Origin: Nitrospirota bacterium
GTDB lineage: Bacteria; Nitrospirota; UBA9217
NCBI GenBank assembly: GCA_963796285.1
Contig: CAWCKW010000012.1
Span: 1,216,001-1,280,000 of the forward strand
Direction: 5' to 3'
DNA length: 64,000 nt
The translations under genes and the position numbers were made by a program. Every line of letters begins with the position of its first letter. The first letter of the stretch is position 1. Positions 1-10,263 of this stretch are shown here, piece after piece. The notes beneath the pieces are model-generated. The model saw only the letters and a list, made by a program, of their open reading frames with translations. It had not been told where the DNA came from and did not search any database.

Positions 1-297
1 CTGGGCCTCGACGAGCATGAGGATCACGTCCACCTCATTGTAGGTCTGGAGCGCGGTCTTGACCATGACCTCGTTCATCTTGTGCATGGGTTTGTGGATG
101 CCCGGCGTGTCCAGGAATACGAACTGCGCGCCCGGCTGGTTCACGATGCCGAGGATGCGGTTCCGGGTGGTCTGCGGCTTGCTTGAGACGATGGCGATCT
201 TCTCGCCGAGCAGGACGTTCAGGAGCGTGGATTTCCCTACGTTCGGCCTGCCGATGATGGAGATGAAGCCTGATTTGAACTTTTCGTTGTCTGTCAT
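1..297 (-). CDS. era: GTPase Era (N-terminal part, runs off the window)
   Basis: Manual translation [50 protein letters not shown]...[10 protein letters not shown] gives the G1/G2/G3 motifs of Era. Not in the ORF track. Confidence 0.95.
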   Translation of the reverse strand, partial: MTDNEKFKSGFISIIGRPNVGKSTLLNVLLGEKIAIVSSKPQTTRNRILGIVNQPGAQFVFLDTPGIHKPMHKMNEVMVKTALQTYNEVDVILMLVEAQ

Positions 298-484
298 GGT
301 AGGTAGAATACTCGAAATCAGCGGCCTGCGCAATAGAAAAGCCCGAAACTGGGTCCGCCACGACGTCCTAAGACGCAAAGGACTTCTTCTTACTGTCTTA
401 TCTGGTGTCTTCGTCCCTTTGTCGCAAGGATGATCAAATTCCATTTGACAACTCACTCCGATTATCTGTATTATCACTCTACCT

Positions 485-1481
485 ATGACTACCGAAAAGA
501 CCGACATCAATGCCCTCCGCGATAAGATCCTGAAGCTCAAAAAAGACCTGAACGCCATCATCCTCGCGCACAATTACCAGCGTCCGGAGGTGCAGGACAT
601 CGCCGACATCACCGGAGATTCGCTCGAGCTTTCGCGCGCTGCGGCGAAAACAGACTACGACGTTATCGTGTTCTGCGGCGTGCACTTCATGGCCGAAAGC
701 GCCTCGATCCTCTCCCCTGACAAGACCGTGCTGCTCCCCGAGATCGGCGCGGGATGTCCCATGGCCGACATGGTCACGGTCAAGGGACCGCGCAAGACGC
801 GGCGGGATTTCTACACCGACAAGCTCGGCATCGCCTTCGAGTTCGCCGACGATTTCACGCTTCTGGACATGAAGAAGAAATACCCCGGCGTGCCGGTTGT
901 GGCGTACGTGAACACCTCGGCCGCGGTCAAGGCGGAGAGCGACATCTGCTGCACCTCATCGAACGTCGTGAAGGTCGTTGAATCGTTGAAGGAAGATACC
1001 ATCATCTGCATCCCGGACCGGAACCTCTCCGCCTATGCCGCCAAAAGGACAAAGAAGAAGATCATTTCCTGGGACGGGTTCTGCAACGTCCATCAAGGCC
1101 ACCTCGATATCGAGGACGTGAAAAAGGCCAGGGCCGACCACCCCGATGCAGTCCTCGTTGTCCACCCCGAATGCCCTCCCGAGGTGCAGGACATGGCGGA
1201 CCAGATCACGAGCACCTCGGGCATGCTCCGCTTTTGCAGGGAATCGAACCAGAAGGAATTCATCATCGGCACAGAGGAAGGCCTGCTCCACCGCCTGAGA
1301 AAAGAGAACCCGGGCAAGCACTTCTATGTCGCTGAACAATGAGATGGTCTGCCCCAACATGAAGCGGACAAAGCTCGAAAGCGTGCTCACGGCCATGGAA
1401 AAGATGCAGTATGTCATCAAGGTTCCCGAGGACATCCGCGTCCCGGCAAAGCGGGCGCTGGACAGGATGCTCGCCCTGTAA
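485..1481 (+). CDS. nadA: Quinolinate synthase A (frameshift near 1330)
   Basis: Motifs [42 protein letters not shown] and HPEC. The C-terminus ([12 protein letters not shown]...ALDRMLAL*) continues in another frame to TAA at 1479-1481. Confidence 0.95.
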
Positions 1482-1557
1482 GGGCAAGCGCCAAATATCA
1501 AATAAAATTTTCAAATAATATCCAAATTCCAAGTTCGAATAATGAAAAAGTCCTGTC

Positions 1558-1776
1558 TCACACGAAGCCACGAAGTCACAAAGAGAAAAACCCTTCTTAA
1601 TTAGAGCTTGTATTTTAATAGCCGCTTCACTTAAGATCGTCATTCCTGCGAAGGCAGGAATCCAGTCTTTTCAGCAAACTCTGGATGCCGGATCAAGTCC
1701 GGCATGACGAAAAAGAACATTTAAATACAGACTCAAATTAACGGGATTTACTTCGTGTCTTTGTGGCTTCGTGTGA
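1558..1776. repeat. Inverted repeat pair (cacgaag-type) enclosing the MITE
   Basis: tcacacgaagccacgaagtcacaaag (1558-1583) pairs with cttcgtgtctttgtggcttcgtgtga (1751-1776). Confidence 0.75.
1602..1736. mobile_element. MITE-like element, copy 1 (TAGAG-type terminal inverted repeats around a palindromic core)
   Basis: Ends tagagcttgtattttaat and atttaaatacagactcaa. Core gtcattcctgcgaaggcaggaatccag...ctggatgccggatcaagtccggcatgac. A near-identical copy lies at 49961-50095. Confidence 0.75.
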
Positions 1777-1881
1777 AAAATTTAGACTTTTTATAAAATC
1801 ATCAATATTCGTCTGTTTGATATTTCAGTGCTTGGGATTTGAGCTTTCGACTTCGATGCCCGACATAAGTCTGATAATACT

Positions 1882-2984
1882 ATGAACATAGCCATCCTCA
1901 TACTCCTTGCAGCAGTCGTCCTGGTCCTCCTCTGGCTCGTGCTCCAGTCCCGGAAGAAGACCGTTGACCCCGCCATGACCCTCATGCAGCAGGAAGTGCA
2001 GTCGCTCCGCGGCCAGTTGACCGATTCCATGCTCAAGAGCCAGGAGTCGATGAACCAGCAGCTCAGCCAGGTCACGCTCCAGGTGAACGCTCAGCTGAAC
2101 CAGGTCACCCAGCAGCTCCAGAAATCCACGGGAGATCTGAACAGCAGGCTGGACAACGCCGCACGCGTGGTGCAGGAAGTGAGCAAGGGACTCGGCGGCC
2201 TGAGCGAGGCGACCAAGAAGGTGTTCGACGTCGGCAAGGACATCGCGAGCCTGCAGGAGATCCTGCGCTCGCCCAAACTGCGCGGCGGCCTGGGCGAGCT
2301 TTTTCTCGGCGACCTCCTGGCCCAGATCTTTCCGCCGGCCCATTACACGCTCCAGCACCGGTTCAAGAGCGGAGAGGCTGTGGACGCCGTCATTAAGGAT
2401 CGGACCGAACCTCGTGCCGGTGGACGCAAAATTCCCGCTCGAGAATTTCAAACGCGTTGTCGAGACCGCGACAGAGGACGAACGCAGGATCGCCAAGAAG
2501 AAGTTCATCGCCGACGTCAAAAAGCATATCGACGCGATCGCCGGCAAGTACATTCTTGCCCGATGAAGGGACCTTCGACTTCGCGCTCATGTATATCCCT
2601 GCGGAAAATGTGTACTATGAGCTCATCATCAGGGACGAGGCCGTTGATACCGATAAGGGGCTTTTGAACTACTCCTTTTCCAAACGGGTCATCCCGGTCT
2701 CACCGAACAGCTTCTACGCCTACCTCCAGACCATCCTCCTGGGCCTCAAAGGCCTGCACATCGAGGAGCAGGCGCAGGAGATCCTTCGCAGCCTGGCAAG
2801 GCTTTCGGGTGACTTCAGAAAATTTCAGGAGGAATTCGAACTGGTGGGAAAGCATCTGACAAACACGAAGATGCGATATGACGAATCGGACAAACGGCTT
2901 GCGAAATTCGGAGACAAGCTCCAGTCGCTGACCGGGACTGAAGGGGGTCATGTATTCGAGGAAACGAGGAAGCTGCCGCTATAG
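1882..2984 (+). CDS. rmuC: DNA recombination protein RmuC (frameshifted)
   Basis: N-terminal TM anchor, coiled coil, PKLRGGLGE, VPVDAKFP (alternative frame), TFDFALMYIPAENVY and VIPVSPNSF, pieced across ORFs 1882..2667 and 2457..2984. Confidence 0.9.
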
Positions 2985-3020
2985 TTGAAAACCGCCGGGT
3001 ACTTTCAAATTTCTAAGGCT

Positions 3021-3356
3021 TCAATGGTGCCCCTGTTCCGATTCTGAATGCCCCCCTGAAATAACATAGACGGCATTGATCGTGCCCGGATTTTCGGCGC
3101 GACACATCTGCTCACCCTCAAGATGGATCGCCTGTCCCTGCTTGAGCATTCCCGTATAATGACCGGACAACTGAAGGTCGCCCGCGATCGCAAGGACGAT
3201 CTCTTCATGCCCCTTGCCGGGCTTCAACTCCCTTCCCTTCTCCCCGGGTTTCAATACTCCGTAGATCAGATAACAGGCATGGCTGCCGGTTTCTCGCGCA
3301 CCGAGGACATACTCGCCTGAGCCTTCCACCTTGGTGACCACATCGAATGACTTCAC
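3021..3356 (-). CDS. Small hypothetical protein, possible cupin-like beta fold
   Basis: 111-aa ORF with GAGGAG RBS; motifs HACYLIYG and GHEEIVLAIAGDL. Confidence 0.65.
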   Translation of the reverse strand: MKSFDVVTKVEGSGEYVLGARETGSHACYLIYGVLKPGEKGRELKPGKGHEEIVLAIAGDLQLSGHYTGMLKQGQAIHLEGEQMCRAENPGTINAVYVISGGHSESEQGHH

Positions 3357-3430
3357 TTTCCCTCCTCAGTTAGAAAAGGATAAAATTCTAATCGAAATGA
3401 ACAGGATTCAGACGAAAGCTTAAACCTGTC

Positions 3431-3572
3431 TCTCGCAAAGACGCAAAGGCCGCAAAGAAAAGCAAAAACAAAATGGATTATTATTTAAATTCAAGATGTA
3501 CATGCATTTCTTTGCGCGCCTTTGCGTCTTTGCGAGAAAATGCTTTGCTTTGTTCCGGCTTGTCCGGGTTAG
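3431..3572. repeat. cgcaaag-type inverted repeat with a conserved tail
   Basis: tctcgcaaagacgcaaaggccgcaaag pairs with ctttgcgcgcctttgcgtctttgcgaga, followed by ttccggcttgtccgggttag. Confidence 0.7.
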
Positions 3573-3593
3573 ATAATACGCTTCCATCGTCCA

Positions 3594-5410
3594 CTACATC
3601 TCCACCCGCGTGACCACACCGTGGAGCTTGTTGTACGGGAGCTTGTAGAACTGAACGATGTTCGGGGTAAGCCGCTTGATGATCGAGAAGATCTGCCAGA
3701 TGATGTTGCTCGGCAGGATGTCCTCTACCCCGTAGAAGATGGTCTTCTCGTTGATCCCCGCCTCGCGCAGGATCTCCTCCACATCCGGCACCTCCATGTA
3801 GCCCGTCTGGATCTCGAAGGACCTGAGCCCGGGCGCCAGTTCTTCTTTAAAGAACCCCGTGGTGCCGAAGGGGTCCTCGCGTTTGACGATGGAGATGATG
3901 ATATTGTCCTCGTAAATGATGTTGTTCTTGAATATGGTATGGACCATGTAAGGAGGGACCTCTTTCGCGTCCCGCGCGAAAAAGAGCGCCGTCCCTTTGA
4001 TCTTGCTCATGTTCTGATAGATCTGGTTGTAGCTCGGCAGGAAGACGTCGATCGGCAGCGGCTGAAGCGCGATGTAGAGCTTCCGCTGCCCCCTTCGGTA
4101 GAGGAGAATGATCAGGAACGGGATCATCGCGATGATGATGGACCAGTATCCGCCATGAGGGATCTTATAGGTGTTGGACAGGAGGAACGTCAGGCAGACA
4201 AAGGTCACGACCAGCGAGAGCGCCGACCTGCCGAACTTCCTCTTGAGATAGAAGATCCAGGTCATGAAGATGCCGGTAAGGGTCATGGTGCCGGTCACCG
4301 CGAGGCCATACGCCGCGGCAAGATTGCTCGACTCCTGGAACTCGACCATGATGAAGATGACGGCGAACAGCAGGAACCAGTTGACGAACCCGATATAGAT
4401 CTGGGAATGCCGCTCCTCGGAGGTATATTCCACCTTGAACATGGGCATGATGCGCGTGGTGATGCCCTGGTACACGATCGAGAACATGCCGCTGATCATG
4501 GCCTGCGAGGCGATGACCGTGGCGATGATCGAGAGGAGCAGGAACGGGATGTACAGGAACTGCGCCTGGTGATAGACCATCTCGAACAGCACGTTCTTGG
4601 CCTCGGGATGCTGGATAAGGAACGCGCCCTGTCCGAGATAGTTGAGCACGAGGGCAAAGAACACGAAGTACCAGGCCCGCACGATCGGTTCGCGGCCCAG
4701 GTGCCCCATGTCGGCGTAGAGCGCCTCGCCGCCAGTAGCGCACAGGATGACCTCGGAAAGACAAAGAATCCGGTCGATGCCGTTTTCGTATCAAAAACCG
4801 GAAGGCATAGTACGGGTTCACTGCCTTGACCACGTACGGGACCTGGACGATCGAGGCCACGCCGGAGAGCGTCAAGACGGCGAACCAGACGACCATGAGC
4901 GGACCGAAGGCCCCGGCGACCCGCTCGGTACCCTTCTTCTGGATCGAGAAGAGCAGGATGGCGATCGCGCCGGCGATCACGACAAGGGACGTCTGGTTCA
5001 TTCCCTCAAACCCCCTGATCAGGAGCATACCTTCCACGGCGCTCAGGATACTGATGGCCGGCGTGATGACTCCGTCGCCGATGATGAGCGAGATGCCGAT
5101 GAAGGAGAGCATGGTGACGACCGTGGCTTGTCTGCTCGATTTGAGGAGCGGGACCAGGAGTTCGCGGAGCACGATGGTGCCGCCTTCGCCGCGTTTGCCG
5201 AGGCTCATGGCCAGCCAGGCGTACTCCACGGTAACGAGGATGATGAGCGTCCAGACGATGAGCGAGAGCACGCCGACGACGTTGTCACTCTGTCGGCTTG
5301 GTCAGCAGGAAGATGACGGTGAGCGTATAGATCGGGCTCGTGCCGATATCGCCGAACACAAGACCGAGTGACTTTATGATTCCTTTGGCTGGGGATGTTT
5401 TGTCGGGCAT
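3594..5410 (-). CDS. kup: KUP/HAK/KT potassium transporter (frameshifts near 5290 and 4750-4800)
   Basis: Manual N-terminus MPDKTSPAKGIIKSLGLVFGDIGTSPIYT; motifs GEGG, GDGVITPAISILSAVEG, MGHLGR, ATVIASQAMISG and AAYGLAVTGTM. Confidence 0.92.
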
Positions 5411-5555
5411 AAGTAAGATGAGGTTACATGAACAGGCGGCATTGCAGGGTTACTGCTGATAAAATCATAGTATAGTTTAAATAAAAAAGCAAGGTGAATA
5501 AATATTTGCAACCGGCTCGTTCACTGCCTTCAGCGTCCTGACTTCCGGCTTAATG

Positions 5556-5870
5556 CTATGCCAGTTCAAAAACCGTAACCATGGCTATGAACGAGAGCAG
5601 GAACAAACCAACGAGAAAAAAAATGTCCGCTATCTTTTCATACATTACCCCCCGCTTAGACGAACGCATGGAGGCATACGACAATACGCTTGCAATGAGA
5701 AAGATCAGGATCGCTATCCCATCAGCTTTGTCGACGACCTCCACGACCTTGCCGCCCTTCCAGATCTTTTTGAGGTTCAGGATCAAGAAGCACAATCCAA
5801 GCAGATTTGCTGCCGTCGGCAAAATATGAGCCGATATGTTCTTTTTATCGTTGGTTGTCGCAGCCATCAT
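5556..5870 (-). CDS. Small 3-TM membrane protein
   Basis: 104-aa hydrophobic ORF (HILPTAANLLGLCF) with an RBS, directly upstream of kup. Confidence 0.7.
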   Translation of the reverse strand: MMAATTNDKKNISAHILPTAANLLGLCFLILNLKKIWKGGKVVEVVDKADGIAILIFLIASVLSYASMRSSKRGVMYEKIADIFFLVGLFLLSFIAMVTVFELA

Positions 5871-5905
5871 TCATCCTCTCCGGCGAGCTTTCTCATCCCG
5901 GACGC

Positions 5906-8458
5906 TTAAGCCTGATAAATTCCGTCCAAAAAATTCCTTGCATAGCGCTTTACCGCATGGTCATCCTGGAGCACGGCATCCAGCTGACGGGTATAGGAGA
6001 TCAGCCTGCCAAGCTGATCGAGGATGGTTACCGCCTCCTCCCTGTCGATGTTCGCGAGCCGGGCAACGATCAGATCGCCTTTTGTCTTGATGTTGAAACC
6101 GTACTCGCCGAGGATCTCAGCGATGAGCTGCAGCCTCCTCGAACGCTTGGTCATGTCGGTGGCGCCGCCGGTGAACCGGAAATAAATGTGGTTGTTTCTT
6201 GTGTTCTCGCTGCAAAAGCAGTCCAGGACGATGAAATGATAGCCGAACTTCAGGCTGATGTTCGCATATTCCCGGGAAATGACGGCCATGTTCGATTCCA
6301 CGCGGCCGCCGCTGTCGGACATGATATCGGGCATACGCAGCATACTCGACATAAAATCATTGACGTTCAACGGGACTGCGTCGGAGCGCCAGATGCCGGG
6401 GCGGGTCATTCCCGTGATCAGCGCCCGAAGCGGCAGCGAAGCGATTTGCTCGGCGGTGACATGGCCGCTGGGCGAGGAATTGTCCAAGCCTCCGCCGATA
6501 TCGATGACCATGATGCCGGCGGGGATCGACAGATCCAGGTTGACGGCACCGGCCTTCACGCCGGACTGCGCGGTCTCGATAAGCTCGGCGACCGATTTCT
6601 CATGGATGAAGCGCAGAATATCATGCATGGTCTTGCATGCCTGCGGCGTAAACTCATCCCGCAGAGGATCGACCAGGTTCAGCGGCGCGATGTAGCGCAG
6701 GAGATACCTTTTTTTGCGGAACTCCAGGAGTTCTTCCATCCTTGCGGAATCGTTTCGCGCGTGCTCCACGATCTGCCTGACCAGTCCCCTCGGTAGATGG
6801 TCGCCCCTTCGTTCTCCACCTGGATGGTGATCTCCTGGCCGTGGGCAAGCAAATGCGTTGCATTGCCCGCGTTCACGACCGTTGGGATCCTGAACTCCCT
6901 GCACAAGCGCGGCCATATGGCTCGTCGGCGTTCCCGTGTCGGTGACGATCGCGGACACGTCGGTCATCACGCGGACGAAGTGGGAGGAATCGTGCCGCGC
7001 AACGAGGATAGCGCCCTTGGGGATGGAATCAAGTTCATTGATGTTCTTCAGGATGAAGACCCGGCCCGCTGCCACGCCGTTCTGCACGGCAAGCCCGCTG
7101 TTCTTCGCGAGGACCTTCGCGTCAGGCGCGCCCGGGCCCGCGGCACGAGTGCGGGTGTCATCGCCTGACAGTCTGAGCGGCCGCGACTGGAGGATGAACG
7201 CCCTCCCCTGGCTGTCGAAGGCCCACTCGATGTCCTGGGGCCTGCGAAAGTGCTTTTCGATCAGCAGCGCCAGCCGGACGAGCTCAGCGACCTGCCCTGG
7301 ATCAAGGCTCGATCGTGTTCGTTTTTCCTCCGGCGTCGCGACCGCCGTCACACCGCCTTGTTTCATCCCGATGACCATCGAGCCCTTCGTGCCGATCCTC
7401 GTCTCGACGATCTCCCGGTTGCCGGTCTTATTCACCCTGTAAAAATCAGCATCGGTCTGGCCTTCCACAACGGAAGTGCCAAGCCCCCACGTAGCATTGA
7501 TGATAAGCGTGTCACGGTTTCCCTGTTGATCGATCGAATACAGGACGCCGCTCGTATCGGCATCCACCATCACCACGCAGCCCACGGCCATTTTCATGTC
7601 ACTGAGGTCGTACCCCAGTCTTTTCTGATACATCGACGACTTTTCAGAGAATAGACTGGCGAGCACCTTCCGGTACGCCTTTTCAACTGCAGCGGTTTCG
7701 AGTGGCACATTCAGAACGGTTTCGAACTGTCCTGCGAACGAGAAGTCTCCATCCTCCTCCCCTGCACTGCTCCGCACAGCGAAGGAACACTTCCCTTTGC
7801 ACCGCGAACTGATCTTGTTGACGGCCTTGTCGATGGCGCGGTGAAGGTCGGGCGGCATCTCTCCATGCAGAATAAGCTCATGCACTTCATGCAGGGACGC
7901 CGACGGGACCGTGGCATTGTTCTGCGGTAGCCGTATCTTTTCAAAGATCCGGTTATGGCCCATGAAGGCGTCGAAGGCCCGGGTCGTTACCGCAAAGGCA
8001 TCGGGCACGTTCAGCTTCAGCGCGTTTTTGATCTCCGCGAGGTTGGAGTTCTTACCGCCGATGTCCCGCACCATATCGCCGGTAACGTGCTCATAGAAAA
8101 CGACGAGATCCTTTGCCGGGATAACGGTTTCATCGATGACATGCCTGATCCCTTCGTCGATTTCCCGGGACTTCTCTCGGAGCTGTGGATACCGGCCGTG
8201 CGTTAGCAGGTCAAAATCGCGGAGGGAGTCGTCTACGGCGGCGTGAAGGTCGGCATAGGATCGTTTGACGTACTGAATGTCGAACAGATAGTCCCCGCCA
8301 AGGGTATCACCCATGTCCGTAATGATCTCGAGCGCCCTGTTGTTATCGTCGAGGACCTCGCGGAACCGGGAAAAAAGCAGCTCGAACGAATCCCGGTTGC
8401 GGCGAACGCGCCAGAGGGTCCGGTACAGAGAGTTCAGTTTTCCGGCAAAGTTTGTCAT
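5906..8458 (-). CDS. PEP synthase/pyruvate,water dikinase-like protein (ATP-grasp plus phospho-His domain, non-canonical C-terminus; compensating frameshifts ~6790-6905)
   Basis: IGGKNSNL, AVRSSAGEEDGDFSFAGQFETVLN, WGLGTSVVEG, PQDIEWA and LQSRPL; His motif TGTPTSHMAAL followed by CREFRIPTVV in an alternative frame. Confidence 0.85.
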   Translation of the reverse strand: MTNFAGKLNSLYRTLWRVRRNRDSFELLFSRFREVLDDNNRALEIITDMGDTLGGDYLFDIQYVKRSYADLHAAVDDSLRDFDLLTHGRYPQLREKSREIDEGIRHVIDETVIPAKDLVVFYEHVTGDMVRDIGGKNSNLAEIKNALKLNVPDAFAVTTRAFDAFMGHNRIFEKIRLPQNNATVPSASLHEVHELILHGEMPPDLHRAIDKAVNKISSRCKGKCSFAVRSSAGEEDGDFSFAGQFETVLNVPLETAAVEKAYRKVLASLFSEKSSMYQKRLGYDLSDMKMAVGCVVMVDADTSGVLYSIDQQGNRDTLIINATWGLGTSVVEGQTDADFYRVNKTGNREIVETRIGTKGSMVIGMKQGGVTAVATPEEKRTRSSLDPGQVAELVRLALLIEKHFRRPQDIEWAFDSQGRAFILQSRPLRLSGDDTRTRAAGPGAPDAKVLAKNSGLAVQNGVAAGRVFILKNINELDSIPKGAILVARHDSSHFVRVMTDVSAIVTDTGTPTSHMAALVQGVQDPNGRERGQCNAFACPRPGDHHPGGERRGDHLPRGLVRQIVEHARNDSARMEELLEFRKKRYLLRYIAPLNLVDPLRDEFTPQACKTMHDILRFIHEKSVAELIETAQSGVKAGAVNLDLSIPAGIMVIDIGGGLDNSSPSGHVTAEQIASLPLRALITGMTRPGIWRSDAVPLNVNDFMSSMLRMPDIMSDSGGRVESNMAVISREYANISLKFGYHFIVLDCFCSENTRNNHIYFRFTGGATDMTKRSRRLQLIAEILGEYGFNIKTKGDLIVARLANIDREEAVTILDQLGRLISYTRQLDAVLQDDHAVKRYARNFLDGIYQA

Positions 8459-8463
8459 GACCT

Positions 8464-8835
8464 TTAGGGCTGCTTTTCCAGCGCCCGTTTGATGGAAGCC
8501 TTCAATTCCTTTATCTTTACGGGTTTCGGGAAAAAGTCATGCACGTCCCTTCGGAGCGCCTCAATGGCCGCATCGAGGTTGGCGAAGGCCGTGATCATGA
8601 TGACCTGTGTCGCGGGATACAGGTCTTTCACGGTCTTCAGCACCTCCATCCCGTCGATCCCTTTCATTTTGTAGTCCGTTACGACAACGTCAAATTTTTC
8701 TTCCTTCAACCGCTTCAGCGCCGGCTCGGCGTTCAGAAAGGTTTCAACAATATAGCCTTCCTGCTCGAGGGACAGTTTTGACATGTCGCCCACGATCTTT
8801 TCATCGTCAATGACCATGATCTTGTGACTATTCAT
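8464..8835 (-). CDS. Single-domain response regulator
   Basis: REC motifs VIDDE, VTDYKM, MITAF and PKP. Confidence 0.92.
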   Translation of the reverse strand: MNSHKIMVIDDEKIVGDMSKLSLEQEGYIVETFLNAEPALKRLKEEKFDVVVTDYKMKGIDGMEVLKTVKDLYPATQVIMITAFANLDAAIEALRRDVHDFFPKPVKIKELKASIKRALEKQP

Positions 8836-10240
8836 TGTTCTTCTCCTCTTTATTGTACTGGGGCAGCTCTATGGTAAAGGTCGTTCCTACACCGGCCATG
8901 CTGTCCACCCTGATCTCTCCATGATGATTCTTGATGATCCCGTAACTGACCGAGAGCCCGAGTCCGGTCCCCCCCTCCCCCTTGGTGCTGAAAAAGGGAT
9001 CGAAAATATGGGGAAGAAACTCGGGCGCAATGCCCTTGCCCGTATCCGCAACGCCGATCTCGACGGAATTTCCCTTCTTTCCCGGCCGTGATGAAAGAAC
9101 GAGCCTGCCGCCGGAGGTCATGGCCTGGACCGCATTCGTGATCAGGTTCACCAGCACCTGCTGGATCTGGTGCTCATCCACGAATACATGCGGCAGGCTG
9201 TCGGCGAGGTGGATCGATGTCTCGATATTCGACACATCGATCATGTTCTGCACCAGGGTGAGCGTCTTCTGCACCACCACGTTGATGTCCGCCTCGTTCG
9301 GGTTCGCGTCCTTGGGTTTTGAAAAATCGAGCAGGTTCTTGACGATCTTCCGTATCCGCTCCGTCTCAGCATCGACCTTATTCATGAACTCGATCCGGTC
9401 ATGTTCGCCGAGTTGTGGGTAGAGTTCCGCGTAGGTCTGTGCGATCATCGATATATTGTTGAGCGGATTGGTGAGTTCATGTGCCACGCCGGCCGTCAGG
9501 ATGCCGAGGGAGGCAAGTTTCTTTGACTGGATCAGTTCTTCCTCGCGGTGGCCGAGCTCCTCTGACATGGAATTGATCGCCGTGATAACCGCACCGAGCT
9601 CATCATTGGACCGAAATCCCGCTATCTTGTTGAAGTTCCCTTCGGATATCGATTTTGCCAGCTTCTCGATCTCTCGCAGAGACCTGAGGATCTTTTGAGA
9701 AATAAAATGCCCGATAACGAGCGCGGAAAGCAGAATTACCCAGAAGGAGAAGATCAGGATGCGCTTCGAATTCAGGATAATATCGTTCACGCGGGTGCGT
9801 TCGAGGTGTGTGATGGAATCAGAATACTCCTTCAATTTCTTTCCTGCCGCGCGAATCCTCGTTTCCAGGTCAGGGTCCTGAGGATCCTTCGTGCTCGCCA
9901 CCTGGATGACGGCCGAGTAGATCTTGAGATGGGATACCAGTTTCCTGAGATCTTCCTCCCCGATCGCCCGGATAATGTCATCGCTCTCGGCCTCGATCGT
10001 TGTCATCGTCAATGCTATCTTTTCCCGGATATCCTTGAGTGCCATCCTGTCGTGGTACAGGAAAAAGTTCTTTTCCGAAAGCCGCATCTCGAGAAAGGAC
10101 GCGTTCAGGTCGTCGGCGATCTCGACGAACTTGAGTTTGGTAAGCACGAGGCTCATGTTCTGAAAGGCGAAAAAGCCGATCAGGATGATGAAGGCGCCGT
10201 TGATGGTGTTCGAGAGAATGAGTTTACGTTCAATTTTCAT
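8828..10240 (-). CDS. Sensor histidine kinase (2 TM, HAMP, HisKA, HATPase)
   Basis: H-box AGVAHELTNPL; NLITNA, DTGKGI, FDPFFSTK and GTGLGL. Confidence 0.93.
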   Translation of the reverse strand: MKIERKLILSNTINGAFIILIGFFAFQNMSLVLTKLKFVEIADDLNASFLEMRLSEKNFFLYHDRMALKDIREKIALTMTTIEAESDDIIRAIGEEDLRKLVSHLKIYSAVIQVASTKDPQDPDLETRIRAAGKKLKEYSDSITHLERTRVNDIILNSKRILIFSFWVILLSALVIGHFISQKILRSLREIEKLAKSISEGNFNKIAGFRSNDELGAVITAINSMSEELGHREEELIQSKKLASLGILTAGVAHELTNPLNNISMIAQTYAELYPQLGEHDRIEFMNKVDAETERIRKIVKNLLDFSKPKDANPNEADINVVVQKTLTLVQNMIDVSNIETSIHLADSLPHVFVDEHQIQQVLVNLITNAVQAMTSGGRLVLSSRPGKKGNSVEIGVADTGKGIAPEFLPHIFDPFFSTKGEGGTGLGLSVSYGIIKNHHGEIRVDSMAGVGTTFTIELPQYNKEEKNNE

Positions 10241-10263
10241 TTCAATTATTATACTCTATAATA

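Noticed and set aside
3621-5371. Long plus-strand ORFs (402, 189, 181 aa) and similar antisense ORFs throughout the window
   Set aside because: They are shadows of GC3-rich genes on the opposite strand and carry no recognisable motifs.
5411-5555. c-di-AMP (ydaO) riboswitch upstream of kup
   Set aside because: No GCTGAA/GGAAC/GGGGTGAA elements are recognisable on the coding strand.
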